From assembly GCA_020891255.1 (NCBI GenBank), contig BQFW01000011.1, forward strand, positions 372,001 through 436,000: DNA of 64,000 nucleotides, written 5' to 3'. The notes under the pieces were generated by a model. It made no database searches. It was not told where the DNA came from and worked only from the letters and a program-made list of their open reading frames with translations. Below are positions 21,878 to 33,493 of the stretch, in pieces. How positions within the stretch are numbered: position 1 is the first letter of the stretch; every line of letters begins with the position of its first letter. The stretch is from Entomortierella parvispora E1425. Taxonomy: Eukaryota; Fungi; Mortierellomycota. The position numbers and the translations under genes are program-made.

Positions 21878-24800
21878 TTAAAAAATGATACCGTGCTGCT
21901 CTTTGAAGGTTGTGACCAAGTCCATGCAGTTGTCCAAGTTGCTTACTGGGAGGCATTCGTCAGCTTCTCTGCCGTAGCCTTTGAATGACACTAGGAACTG
22001 GTGTTGTCTGCGGTAGAAGCGGTACTTTAAAATTTCGTCCACTTCATACTCCTCTTCGCCGTCAATTACAGTGGGATCCACGGGGGCAGGAGCTCGAATG
22101 CCGAGTGACTCCGGGGACGGCAAGTAGGGTCGAAAGGTATCAACGTGGAAGACGTCATGGATTTTGTAGAATGGTGGCAGCTCGACGCGGAAGGTGACAG
22201 GTGAGTGTTGCTCCAAAAGTGTGAACGGGCCAAGGAATTGAGGTCGAAGCTTATCGGCTGGTCTGATACTGTCGGCTGGGATGGTGATATTGGTGGCACG
22301 CAGCAGGACCTTATCGCCAACCTTGTACTTGTGATCCCGTCGTCGCTTGTTTGCCTGTTGCTCCTGATGATCCTGAGCACGCTGCAGAGCATCCTGGGCC
22401 AGGGCAAGGGTGGTCGCCTGTTCAGTCAGGAAGGTATCGACAGTGGGGACTGAGCTGTTGGGTTTACCGAGGAGAGCGGTGGGGAGACGAGGGTGCTGGC
22501 CAGAGTTGAGGAAGAACGGCGAGTATCCCGTGGATGCATTGACAGCGTTGTTATAGGCGAATTCCAGTGACGGAAGGAGCTGGTCCCAGTTAGACTGCTT
22601 GTTGTCAATAAACGCTCTCAACATAGTCTTCAGCGTCTTGTTCATAACCTCTGTCTGCCCATCCGTCTGTGGGTGGTAGGCGGTTGACAGTGCAAGTTTG
22701 ACATCCATTAGCCTGTGCAACTCTTGCCAGAATCTACTAGTGAATCGAGTGTCGCGGTCCGAGACGATGGATGTTGGTGTGCCATGCAGCTTGAAGATGT
22801 TGTCAAAAAACTGGTGGGCGACGTCGACGGCTGTGGCAGAGGTAGTACTGGGGACGAAGTGAGCTTGCCTGGTGAGTTTGTCGACAAACACTGTGATGGC
22901 GTCAAAATTTCTAGCTGTGGGCGGAAGAGGGCCGATGAAGTCCATGGTGACTACCTCCCAACGTTGCGAAGAAATGGGTAGCGGTTGCAAGAGTCCAGCT
23001 GGTCGATCCTGGGAGTCCTTGTTCCTTTGACACCTCTCGCAGGTTGCTACATACTGCTGGGTATCCTTGGCGATGTGGGGCCAATATACGAAACGGCGCA
23101 GGTTGTCGTAAGTTTTCTGAAAACCAAAGTGTCCAGCAGTGGCAGAGTCGTGAGCATCGTGCAAGAGAGTGAGGCGGATCGGGGAGTGCCGAGGGATGGC
23201 CAGGGTGGTTGCTCCACGTCGGGTAAAGTAGAGGAGGTTGTTCTGGAATGAATATCCATTGGCAACCTTCCCATCCAGGCAATCCTTGTAGATGGGTCCA
23301 AGTCGAGGATCGTCGTTGTAGTCCTGGACAAGCTGGTCACGGACGTCCGGGGACAGGGAGACGCTTAGGTTGTATAGCTCAACAGGGTCAGGCTCGCGGT
23401 AGTCCGGTCGTCGGGAGAGAGCGTCTGGGACGATGTTGTCAACTCCTCGCTTGTACTTAAAGTCAAAGTCGTATTCCTGAAGCAACTCCATCCAGCGAGC
23501 CTGTCGACGAGTGAGTTTGGGCTGTGTGGGGAAGTGGCGGAGGGTGGCGTGGTCGGTGTGGACGCTGAACTTGGTTCCATCGAGGTAGTAGCGCCAAGTG
23601 CGGAGCGCATGGATGACAGCCAACAGTTCCTGCTCATGGACAGGGTAGTTCCGCTCAGCTGACTGCATTTTCCTGGAAGTGAATGCGATGGGATGGGTAT
23701 TCCCTTCCCGGTCAGTCTGCAGCAGCACTGCACCGATGGCGAGACCGGATGCATCTGTTTCGACAAAGGTGAGGAGATCGGGGTCGAAGATGCGGAGGAC
23801 GGGGGCGGAGCAGATGGCGCGTTTGAGCTGAAGGAATGCAGATTGTTGTTCGTCGGTCCATTTGAAGGGAGTGTTGTTGGCGAGGAGGGAAGAGAGAGGG
23901 AGGGCAATCCCTGCAAAGCCCGATACGTACTGTTGATAAAATTGCGCAAGCCCCAAAAATTGCTGGACGTCCTTTGTGCTCTTGGGGGTGGGCCAGTCAC
24001 TGATGGCTTTGCTGAGCCCGGCCGATGTTTTGATCCCGTCCTTCGTGATGGTGTGGCCCAAAAATTCAGTTTCGTCTTGCATGAAGGAGCACTTGCTCAA
24101 TTTCGCGTATAGACCATTCTTGCGGAGGAGAGCCAGGACGCTTCGGAGATGCTGCAGGTGTTCTTTCTTTGTCTTGGAGTAGATCAACAGATCGTCGAGA
24201 TACACGACAACCCATTTGTCCAAGACTGGATCGAGCACTCGCAACATCATATTGGAGAACGAAGCAGGAGCGTTAGTAAGGCCAAAGGGAACAACATTGA
24301 ACTCAAAGTGACCATAGCGACAACGGAAGGCAGTCTTGTGTGTGTGTGGTTCAAAGATACGCTGCTGATGATAACCGGATAACAAGTCCAACTTGGAGTA
24401 ATAGCGTGCTCCACGGAAGCGGTCAAGTAGCTCGTCGATACGGGGCAACGGGTGTCTGTTCTTCCTGGTGATCTTGTTGAGGCCACGGTAGTCGACGCAC
24501 ATTCGGAGTGTGCCGTCCTTCTTCCGCACAAAAGAGCACGGGGGCGCCATAGGGAGAGGTACTGGGTTTGATAAAACCTGCTGCTAGCAATTGGTCCAGT
24601 TGTTTGCGAAGTTCGTCAAGCTCGGCGATTGAAAGTCTAATGACAGGGCGGAAGGGTGGGTCGGCTGTCGGGTCGGTCTCGATCTTCATAGCATCACCAC
24701 GGTCTGGGGGCAGGCCGTCCGGGAGTTTCTCCGGAAAGACATCAGCGAACTCTTCCATGACAATGGACCGCACCTCTGGGGGTCATATCGGGAATTGTAC

Positions 24801-25695
24801 GCGGTTGGTCAGTTTCTTCAGAGGGCTCTGGGGTGTTGCGAATAAGGGCCAGGAACACCTCCGAGCCGGGCAGGGTTGCCATGGAATGAAAGTGCATGTG
24901 TGTGAGGAGGAGTCCTTTGGTGCGGCTTTGGATGTGATCGGCCTTGAAGCCGCGGCAGCTCCATTTGACATCGATTCCATTGTGAGTGAAATGAAGATCG
25001 TTGGTGCGCCAATTGATGCAAGGGTTAACTTTGGTGAGCCAGGGTTTGCCAAGGATGAGGTCGTATTTGTTGAGAGGATAGAGAATAGGGTTGAGCGAAT
25101 CGGAGTAGTCGCTGCGGTTGAGGGTGATGGGGACGGTGTGTGATGTGAGGGAGGAAGAGCCATTGGGGAGGAGGATGGGGATGGGCAAGCATTCAGTGCC
25201 GAGGAGCTGGTGTCGCTTTTGAAAAGACGAACTGATAATATTACCTTCTGCACCACCATCAATCAGGATTCTGGCAGCGTGGCAATTGACAGAACCGATG
25301 AAAGTGAGCAGTTGGCTCTCTGCCTTTTGGACAGTGAATTCGTGTAGGCGAATCGCACGACGCTTCAACTTCTTCAACTGACTTTTGGACAGAGGTACGC
25401 TAGGTGCCGGCGGTACAGCGAGAGGGTCCGGTTCATCTGTATCGGAGGATCTAGGTAGAGGAGCGGACAGGGCAACTGGAGCGGGCGAGGCAACAGGGTT
25501 TTTGGTTTGGTTTTGGTTTCGGTCCGATAGAACAACCAGAGCATCGTGGATGTGAGTTCGCTTGTCATGATTGGAGTCATGTTTCTGAGGTGTAGAATCA
25601 AGTGAAGTTTTATTTGAGGTACTTAGCTCAGGGTTGTTGGCTACAGTTTCGACAACTGGGGTCCGGACCGACCCTAGTTGCCGGAGGCTTTTCCC
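21878..25695 (-). CDS. E5 pol (protease, RT, RNase H, integrase, chromodomain), -1 frame relative to gag, two single-base frameshifts
   Basis: Motifs ILIDGGA, RMCVDYR, YLDD, VETDAS, IVSDRD, FLGPF, YEVDEIL; shifts near 24775 and 24532. Confidence 0.9.
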
Positions 25696-26594
25696 GAATC
25701 AGGGGATTCACCCGCGGTTATTTGATTAATTCCTCGGCTGCCGTTGCCGTACTTAGGGCAATTGGGACTGATGTGACCAAATTCGCGGCAGCGGAAGCAG
25801 CCACCGTTACGTACAAGGTGCTCTCGGTCGGCGGCGGTCAGGGGTGCGGGGCGATCTCGAGAAGGGTTGTTAGTACCGTTGGTGGGGCGGCTCTGTAAGG
25901 AGCGGTGAAGAGTGCCGAGTTGCTTGTGGATATTGTTGAGTTGGATATGAATATTGTCCACTTCCATTGCGTTGGGGTCGGTGATACCAGCAGAGGATCC
26001 CGAGGCAGCCAGTGCTTTGGCACCGAGTGATGGGTCTCCAGTGTGGAAGATACGACCGAACTCCTCCGCGGCCTTGAAGAGTCTGGGCAGATCTATGGTG
26101 TCGTTGCCTGCATTAACAATGGCCACTTCCAGCATCTGGTGAAGCTGAGTAGGTGCACCACTGAGAAAGGCAGTACGGATAGTATCGTTGAGAACTGCGT
26201 TGTCGGCGTAGTAAGACTGGAGGAGCAGGTGGTATTCACGGGCTTTGGTAATATAGGCCATGACGTTGGAGATGTTCAGTGGCAGTGTCATTTTCATTTG
26301 CATTGTGAGGGCGAGAATGTGCTCCTTAAACTTCGCAGGGCTGAACTCGGCGGCAAGGAGCTTGCTGAAATCCGGGAATGAGGTGTCGGATGGCTTGTTT
26401 AAGAGTGCCCACCAGCCGATAACCTCATCGCCGGCAAAGGCAAGGGTGACCCCGACCTTGCGAGATTCGGCAATTCCAGCGCCATCGAAGAAAAAGGTCA
26501 TGCGTTTCAGAAAACCGAGAACAGAGAATCCGTCGCGCTTGCCGTTGAACGGTGTTGGATGAGGGAATTTGAATGACGGTGTCGCGGAGTCCAT
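25674..26594 (-). CDS. E5 Gag
   Basis: Starts MDSATPSFKFPHPTPFNGKRD; CCHC knuckle CFRCREFGHISPNC. Confidence 0.9.
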   Translation of the reverse strand: MDSATPSFKFPHPTPFNGKRDGFSVLGFLKRMTFFFDGAGIAESRKVGVTLAFAGDEVIGWWALLNKPSDTSFPDFSKLLAAEFSPAKFKEHILALTMQMKMTLPLNISNVMAYITKAREYHLLLQSYYADNAVLNDTIRTAFLSGAPTQLHQMLEVAIVNAGNDTIDLPRLFKAAEEFGRIFHTGDPSLGAKALAASGSSAGITDPNAMEVDNIHIQLNNIHKQLGTLHRSLQSRPTNGTNNPSRDRPAPLTAADREHLVRNGGCFRCREFGHISPNCPKYGNGSRGINQITAGESPDSGKASGN

Positions 26595-26700
26595 GTTGGG
26601 TGAATTGTCGAGGGAGAGTTGATCGAAGAGGGATACGAGGGGGTCCAGGGTGTGAGTGTGTCGGAGGGTCAGTGGGTCAGTGAGGTCAGTGAATCGAAAA

Positions 26701-26712
26701 CCTTTGCTACCA
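26701..26712 (-). promoter_or_regulatory. PBS TGGTAGCAAAGG, probable initiator tRNA-Met
   Basis: Directly after the LTR CA; implies a primer ending GCUACCA, fitting the A1:U72 initiator signature; same 12-mer at 32514-32525 and 37521-37532. Confidence 0.8.
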
Positions 26713-26823
26713 TGCAATAGGAGTATCGAGGGTGGAGTGGAGACAAGAAGTGAGTTTTATTATATTGCAAGTTTCTAGCTTTTGTAGGTACACATCGCGT
26801 GATGTCACCGTATTCCTGTTACA

Positions 26824-27219
26824 AGTACGTAGTCTGTGGGGGGTGCTATAATATTCGTATCGTACAGCGGTGAGCGTGTTGTTGATGTGAACTAGTGATA
26901 GTTCTAAACTCTCGGTGATCGTCATGGTCTTCATTTCTTCCGGGAGTGCTGGTGGTGGATCATAGGCGGAGTGTGGTCCATAGTAAGTTGAATCAGGGTG
27001 CGGATAGACGAAGTTGTCTGGTGCCTTTTCTTCTGACGGCACTTGCGTGAGTGGAGGTTCCTGTTCTTCTACCTTTTCCTGAACAGGTGGTGCGGCTTTG
27101 CTCGAGGTCCCCTCGGTCTTATCTTTTCTGGTCGGTGGTGGTGGGGGTCCAAGTTCTTCCATGGCTTTTCTCTTGGTGCTTTTGTTATTTGTTGGGTTGG
27201 TTGCAGAGTTCGCGCTCAT
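26824..27219 (-). CDS. Extra sense ORF downstream of family F pol, truncated by the C' LTR
   Basis: 132 codons, MSANSATNP...TPHRLRT; no LTR between it and pol. Confidence 0.45.
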
Positions 27220-30200
27220 GGTGTGAAGTTGATGAAAATGTGCAGGTGGTCAGGTTTTGAGATGGAGGAATGAGTTTTTCTGTTTCATTGTGAGAAGAGG
27301 TCCCCATTTGTAGTTGTGATGTGGTTTGTCTGAGCCAATGAGATGCATGAACATGTTGTTCGTTGGATGATTCTGATTGGTGCATGGTTGCAATGTCGTG
27401 TTTTTGGTGGCACTTGTTGGTGGCGTCCGTCACGTGTAAAGTCGAAAAATGTTTTTGTGTCCAGAAGCGAGTTGGGAGAGATGAACATTTCTCTTTCATC
27501 CCTTTTTCTTAATTGTCGTCCATGTCCATTGTTTTCAGGGCTGCGTCGTGCTTGGTACGGGCCGTTTTGGTGAGTGTTTTCTGATAATCCTTAAGTGCAT
27601 CGGCGGCGGAGGAGATGTCTTCAAGAGTTTGCCAAGTGTCGTGGTCTTTGGTAAAGCCGGACCATCGGACTAGGTATTGAAGTTTTCCTTTGGCGTCAAA
27701 GCGATGGGCGATTAATCGTTCGACTTCATATTCTTCTTCGTAGTAGTCACCAAGGTCGTCTGTGACCGGGGTTTTGTCAGGGACTGGATCGTCTGAAGTT
27801 GGAAACAAGTCTTGGTCGCGGGGATGGGCGAGCAGGAGTTTTTCTACGTGGAAAACGTCGTGGGCGCGGCTGTTCGGTGGTAAGTCCAGGCGGTAGTTTA
27901 AGGGTGAAGGCTTTTCAATAATTTTGAATGGTCCTCTGTAGCGTGGGAGTAGCTTGTGGGCTAATCCGGGTGGTTTCCTTAAGTCGGAGGCGTCGAGGTA
28001 GACGAGATCACCAACATCAAAAGATATGTCTTTTCTCGAGCGATCGTACTGAAGTGCCATACTTCTTTGTGCATCTAGAAGGGCTCGCGGATCAACTCAA
28101 ATCGTGTGGCATGATTCTTAAGGAAGGTGTCTACGTTCTTGTCGGGTCGTGTATTTGGATTTGCCAAGGCGGTTGATGCTGGTGTCGAGGGCTGGAATCC
28201 ATACATGGCTTCGAAGGGGCTAAGGTTTGTTGATGCAGACTTGTTCGAGTTGTAGGTAAATTCGGCTTGATCTAACAACTCGTCCCAGTTGCTATGGTCT
28301 TTTGCGATGAAGACACGCAGATATTGCTCGAGAGTCTGAATTGTTCTTTCCGATTGTCCGTCTGTTTGTTGGTGGTACGCAGTGGACATATCTAGTCGTG
28401 TACCCAATCGGGAGAACAATTGCGTCCAGAATTGGGAGCAGAAACGAGCATCACGGTCGGATACAATGGATATAGGAAGGCCATGTAATCGGACGACGTT
28501 CTTGAAGAACAAGTCGGCGAGTTCTTGAGCGGAGCATGAAGTCTGACACGGGATGAAATGGGCAGCCTTGGAAAAGCGGTCCACGAAAACGGCTACAGCG
28601 TCGTTTTCTCTACTAGTCTTGGGTAGGTGCACGATTAGGTCCATGGCGACGTGTGTCCAGGGTCGGTTCGGAATCGGAAGTGGTTGCAGGAGTCCATGGG
28701 GCTTGTGTGTTTGGTTCTTGGAAACTCGGCAGGTATGGCAGGTTTTGACATATTTTTCGACATGTTTGCGCATGTTGGGCCAATACGCGATCTTGGAAAG
28801 TCGAGTGTAAGTTTTGTCCAGGCCGGGGTGTCCTGCTAATGCGGAGTCGTGAGTTTCTTGCAGTAGTGTTGTCTTGGTTTCTGGGTCGTCAGGAATGCAC
28901 AGTCTATCACCATCTTTCAGGAAAAGAAGTTCATTCTCCAGACGATAGGCGGAGCTTGGGTTGTCTCGTTGTCGAAGACTGGTGACAATGGGGCCAAAAT
29001 CTTTGTCATCTGGAGTCTTGGCGCGGATGGAATCGAGGAGGTCTTGGCCGATCGTGGGAACGGATTCACAGATCGCGGCTAAGTTGTGGTCAGGCCGTCT
29101 AGATAGGGCATCGGGGACCACGTTCAGGGGGCCAGGTGTGTACGCGATCTCGTAATTGAACTCGGCAAGTTTTTCTAACCATCGTGCTTGTCTATGGTTT
29201 AGAGTCGGTTGAGTTGCCAAATGCTTCAGGGAGTCGTGATCTGTAAAGATCTTAATCGGGACTGTGGAACCGTGTAGATATGTACGCCATTTGGTAAGGG
29301 AGTGTACGATTGAGAGAAGCTCCTTGTCGTGTGTTTGATAATTCAACTCTGCGGAGGAGAGTTTCCGGGATTCAAAAGCAACAGGTCGTCCATTCTGGAC
29401 CAGGGTAGATCCAACGCCTCTGTTGCTGGCATCACAGTGGATTTCGACTGGATCGGTCGGGGAGAAGTGGGCCAGGATGGGGTCCTTGGCGACAGCTTCT
29501 TTCAATTCTTGGAATGCTTTTCTTTGTTCGGGACCCCAGACGAATGGGTTCTCGTCTTTCAGTAGGTCCGACAATGGCGTTGCCATAGTAGCCAGGTGGT
29601 CAAGGTACTTGCGATAGAAGTTGACTAAACCCAGGAAGCTCAGAACTTCGGTGACGTTAGTGAGTTCAGGCCATTCTAATATTGCTTTCACCTTGTCTGG
29701 ATCCATTTTTAGGCCATCTGGGGTGATCTTATGGCCGAGGAAAAGGATTTCTAATTGCATGAACTCGCATTTGCTCAATTTCGCATAGAGGCGATGTTTG
29801 GCGCAACTTTTCGAGTATAGTCTGTATGTCGCGGAGGTGTTGTTCGGGAGAGTCGCTGTAGATCAACAGATCGTCCAAATAGATCAGGACGCAGCGATCG
29901 AGTTCATCGCGAAAGATGTCATGCATTAGTCTCATGAACGTCGCTGGGGCGTTACAGAGACCAAAAGGCAGGACAACAAACTCGTATAGTCCGTATCTTG
30001 TTCGGAACGCGGTCTTGTATCTATCGACTTCTTGGACTCGGACTTGGTGGTAACCGGATCGCAGGTCAATCTTTGATAGCATCGTGGCTTTTTCCAAGCG
30101 GTCCAGTAGTTCTTCGATTCGGGGTAAAGGGTACGTATTTTTGATCGTTTGCTTGTTTAAGGCGCGGTAGTCTACGCACAAGCGCAGCTCACCACCCTTC

Positions 30201-31004
30201 TTTTTAACAAACAATACCGGGGAGCCGTAAGGTGACGAACTTGGTCGGATGAAGCCACGTTCCAGGAGGTCATCTAGTTGTCTTCGGAGTTCGTCCATTT
30301 CGGCTAAGGACATTTTGTAGGTTGGCTTGGATACCGGGGCGGAGTCGGGGAGTAAGTCGATTCGGTGATCGATAGCTCGTCTAGGTGGTAGATCCTTCGG
30401 GAGGGCGTCTGGAAAGACGTCGGCGTATTTATCCAGGAGGGCTTGTACACGGGGGTCGACAGGGGAAGGATCAACTTTCTTATCCTCTGACTCTTGTGGG
30501 CGGATGATACAGAGGTAGGCTTGTTCCTTTTTCATGACTTTCTTGAACTGGCAGGCTGACATCAGACTAAGTTGGTTTCTATTCTTGCGAATACCCTGGA
30601 GGCGTATGCCGGATTCCGTGCATATTTCTCCAGTACACCAGTTAACTTTGATGCCACTCGAGGATTGTAGCCAAGTTTGTCCAAGGAAGGCTCCATGGGC
30701 AACTTGCGCTATGGAGAATAATAATATCGGTTGATATTCGGGACTGAACGGGATTTTCAGGAGGCAGTATCGCTGGATGGTTTGGGACTCGCGACCATCG
30801 GCAAAAGTGATACTTCGGGGCGTTTTGAATTTGTGCGTCGTCAGCTTTAGGTGTCGGGCGAGGTCTTGATTCAGGAAATTGCCTGAAGCGCCACTGTCAA
30901 TCATGAAGTGCACTTCGGCATGCTTAATCTTAGCGGGCAGGTACAATAACGGTTTGGATGTCATGGACTCTTCGTTGTTATTGTCGGATACTTGGTTTAG
31001 GTCG

Positions 31005-31130
31005 GGTTCGGGTTCAGGTTCAGGTTCAGGTTCGGGTTCAGGTTCAGGTTCAGGTTCGGGTTCAGGTTCAGGTTCAGGTTCGGGTTCAGGTTCAGGTTCA
31101 GGTTCAGGTTCGGGTTCAGGTTCAGGTTCA
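31005..31130 (-). repeat. Hexamer tandem repeat (GGTTCR x21) encoding (Glu-Pro)21
   Basis: 21 units with a higher-order period of about 24 bp, in frame upstream of the protease. Confidence 0.95.
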
Positions 31131-31177
31131 GACTGGATTGAGTGAAAGTTCAGCTTCGATCTCAATTGCTTCAGAAG

Positions 31178-31349
31178 TGGGATATTTTGGGCTCTCACTT
31201 ACAATATGACTATCGAGACAAGAAGGAGGATCTTTATGTTCTGCCCTCGCACTCCTTTGATAAGGGAGTGCGAGGGTGGCTTGCTACTAAACTAGGTTAC
31301 TAAAATAAACATCCCTATTAATACACTTCAAGGCCCACGATATGCCACA
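31178..31349 (-). mobile_element. Family A solo LTR inside family F pol
   Basis: TSD AGAAG at 31173-31177 and 31350-31354; matches 7294-7465. Confidence 0.95.
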
Positions 31350-31530
31350 AGAAGTTCTTGGTCGTTCACAAGTTTCCTTTGTTGTGACTCTTGTACTTGG
31401 GTAGGGAGGTTCTTGATCTTTGTTTTCTTTTCTATAGGTTCGGGAATAGAAACAGGACTCTTCGGAACAGATGGTTCTGGAGTTTTCGGGTTTTCAGGTT
31501 CGGGATGGCGCACCAGATCTCCAGAGGTAT

Positions 31531-32340
31531 CTAATGCGCTCTGAAGTTTACCGACTTCTTATTTCGCTCGGGGCAATCATTGATACGATGACCAGGTTTG
31601 TGACAATAAAAACAATTGCCTTTCGCAAAGTCAGTTTCCTTGATCTTGTTTGATGGTTGTTGGAACTTGGAACGGGAGTTTGGATGGGCTTGGATAGCGT
31701 CCAGGTCCATAGGTTGGGGGTAAACTTCCTGGTTCGAAGTCATTCGTTGAGGCTTGTGGAAATTCCGGGATTGGAAATAATGAGGACGGTCATATTTCAT
31801 TCGGTCCAATCGCTCAGCGAGAGAGATCAGGCCGTTGATGTCATTCTCGGCGATCTCGGGGTGGTTGTCGACAAGTTGGCGTAGCTCGGGTTTGAGGCCA
31901 CTTCGAAAGAATTTAACGGCTAAACCGTCGTCAAGATCCGAAAGTCGGCTACGGAGTTGTTCGAACTGTATAACGTATTCGTTGACAGATCGCTTTTGTC
32001 GTAATTCTCTGATACGATCGAAAGCGTCAAATGAATCGTTTGCGTTTATGAATTGCTGACGGAACTTGTTCTTGAACACGTCGTAGGCTGACATGTGTTT
32101 TCCATCAGTGGTCATTGTAGCTTCGATTGTGCCAAGTTGTTCAAACCATTGGGATACAACACCTGTCAGTAGGAGACTGGCAAAGGTGATGCGGTCTTGT
32201 CCTTGTGCAGAGACTTGAGCTGCGTTGCAGTAGCGTTCGAATCGGATGAACCAGTTTTCCGCGCGGTGGTCTCGGTGCTTGCCGTCGAATGGTTCGGGGC
32301 GGAGACCTCGAAGGATGGATTCGGGGAAAACGGTGGTCAT
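31531..32340 (-). CDS. Family F Gag, 269 aa
   Basis: RPEPFDGK, RQKRSVNEY, QPMDLD and knuckle CFYCHKPGHRINDC. Confidence 0.92.
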   Translation of the reverse strand: MTTVFPESILRGLRPEPFDGKHRDHRAENWFIRFERYCNAAQVSAQGQDRITFASLLLTGVVSQWFEQLGTIEATMTTDGKHMSAYDVFKNKFRQQFINANDSFDAFDRIRELRQKRSVNEYVIQFEQLRSRLSDLDDGLAVKFFRSGLKPELRQLVDNHPEIAENDINGLISLAERLDRMKYDRPHYFQSRNFHKPQRMTSNQEVYPQPMDLDAIQAHPNSRSKFQQPSNKIKETDFAKGNCFYCHKPGHRINDCPERNKKSVNFRAH

Positions 32341-32525
32341 GGTGTTGTTTGGGATTTCTTGTTCGTATGAGGAAGAGGAGGTAGGGCTCGGGGGTTCGGA
32401 TTCGTCTGATGAGTCGGGTGCCGAGGCGGGGTTACGGAACGAGCGGAATGCGTTGCCTTTTCTGGAGGCCAGGTTGGTACTAGGTTTTCAGGTGTGGGGT
32501 GGAACAGGGTTTGCCTTTGCTACCA

Positions 32526-32799
32526 TGTAATAAACTTGGGATAAGTTTATCTGAGACGGGTGGAGAGGAAGAGGTCAGGTCAGGGAAACAGGGTCAGGGT
32601 GATCGTATTCTGGTAAATAATTGATGATGTTTATTCGTTGTTGTGCTGTGTCTTTTATACTGAGCTACAAAGACTCTTCTAGAAGTCCTTAGTAATCCTA
32701 GGCGCCGGTTTCGTTGCTATGGAGAGATCTAGAACCGTCGCGTCCTATCCAGAGAGGTCTAGTGTCATGTGACTAAGGTCAGAGATGACCATCTCGACA
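32526..32799 (-). repeat. Family F 5' LTR (274 bp)
   Basis: TG...CA ends; adjacent PBS; right end interrupts the family E repeat. Confidence 0.8.
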
Positions 32800-33276
32800 A
32801 GAAGTCAGTTTAGATACCCTTAAAAGATTGCGTTAATATAATTTCGTGTTCAGAGCAGTAATTGCTCTGGGTCGCTTCCTTCCCTACTTTTTCGTTTGCC
32901 TTTGTTTGATCGTTACAGAACACATACACATCCCCCCCCCACTTCCTGCCCGATATCCCCTTTGCAGCAGCAGCAAGATCGACGCCTTAACTCCGATTGC
33001 TGAGACTATTAGTAGCTAGTCTAACCTCCTCCCCCCCCCCCTTTACCTTTGGATATCACAGACCCTGTTCTGCCGATCAAGCTTGCCTTCGTCCAAGTCT
33101 TGAGCTTCCACCCGACTGAGATCTTTATTGATACTTGGTTCACACAGTTTAGACAGTGAGATCCTGCAACGTCTATCCTCCCCCTCGCAAGCAATCCCCT
33201 TTCCCTTGATCACTTGTGACCAGCCCCTCTCTCCTTGAGCTACGACCGATCCCCAACCCGTTGTAGCAACACCACA
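32800..33276. mobile_element. Family E repeat, second copy; first 32 bp missing
   Basis: Near-identical to 281-756; followed by CCGT and E6 gag sequence. Confidence 0.85.
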
Positions 33277-33493
33277 CCGTGCGCGCCAGAACGACGAACG
33301 ACGGCGCAATGAACACTCGGAGCGTAGCTCACACAGCTCAGACGATCGACAAGACCGTTCCCACCGCGGATCAAGCCGCTTCGGGCCATATCAAGCTGAC
33401 AATCGCCAGCGCAGAGACAACAGGGATAGCCACAACTCTCGTGAGCGCAATTACAGTAAGGACCCTCTTCATATACTACGCTCTCGTAAAAAT

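Larger units (their letters stand above)
21757..26823 (-). mobile_element. E5: family C' chromovirus with both LTRs (possibly a recombinant)
   Basis: Identical 111-bp LTRs at 21757-21867 and 26713-26823; PPT at 21868-21879; PBS at 26701-26712; flanks GGAAG and AGTAC do not match. Confidence 0.92.
27509..31550 (-). pseudogene. Family F pol (EP repeat, protease, RT, RNase H, integrase, chromodomain), disrupted
   Basis: Motifs FMIDSGA, RLCVDYR, YLDD, HCDASN, IVSDRD, YRGPF, YEVERLIAH; solo LTR insertion, a frameshift near 29790 and a stop at 28075. Confidence 0.92.
26824..32799 (-). mobile_element. Family F chromovirus lacking its 3' LTR
   Basis: 5' LTR 32526-32799; PBS 32514-32525; gag 31531-32340; pol to 27509; an extra ORF follows; cut at 26823. 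Confidence 0.9.

Noticed and set aside
31005-31130. Possible CRISPR-like or telomeric array
   Set aside because: No spacers, and it sits in frame within pol; no CRISPR array was seen anywhere in the window.
30879-31209. Plus-strand ORFs with (SG)n or (VQ)n repeats
   Set aside because: They are antisense readings of the hexamer repeat in pol.
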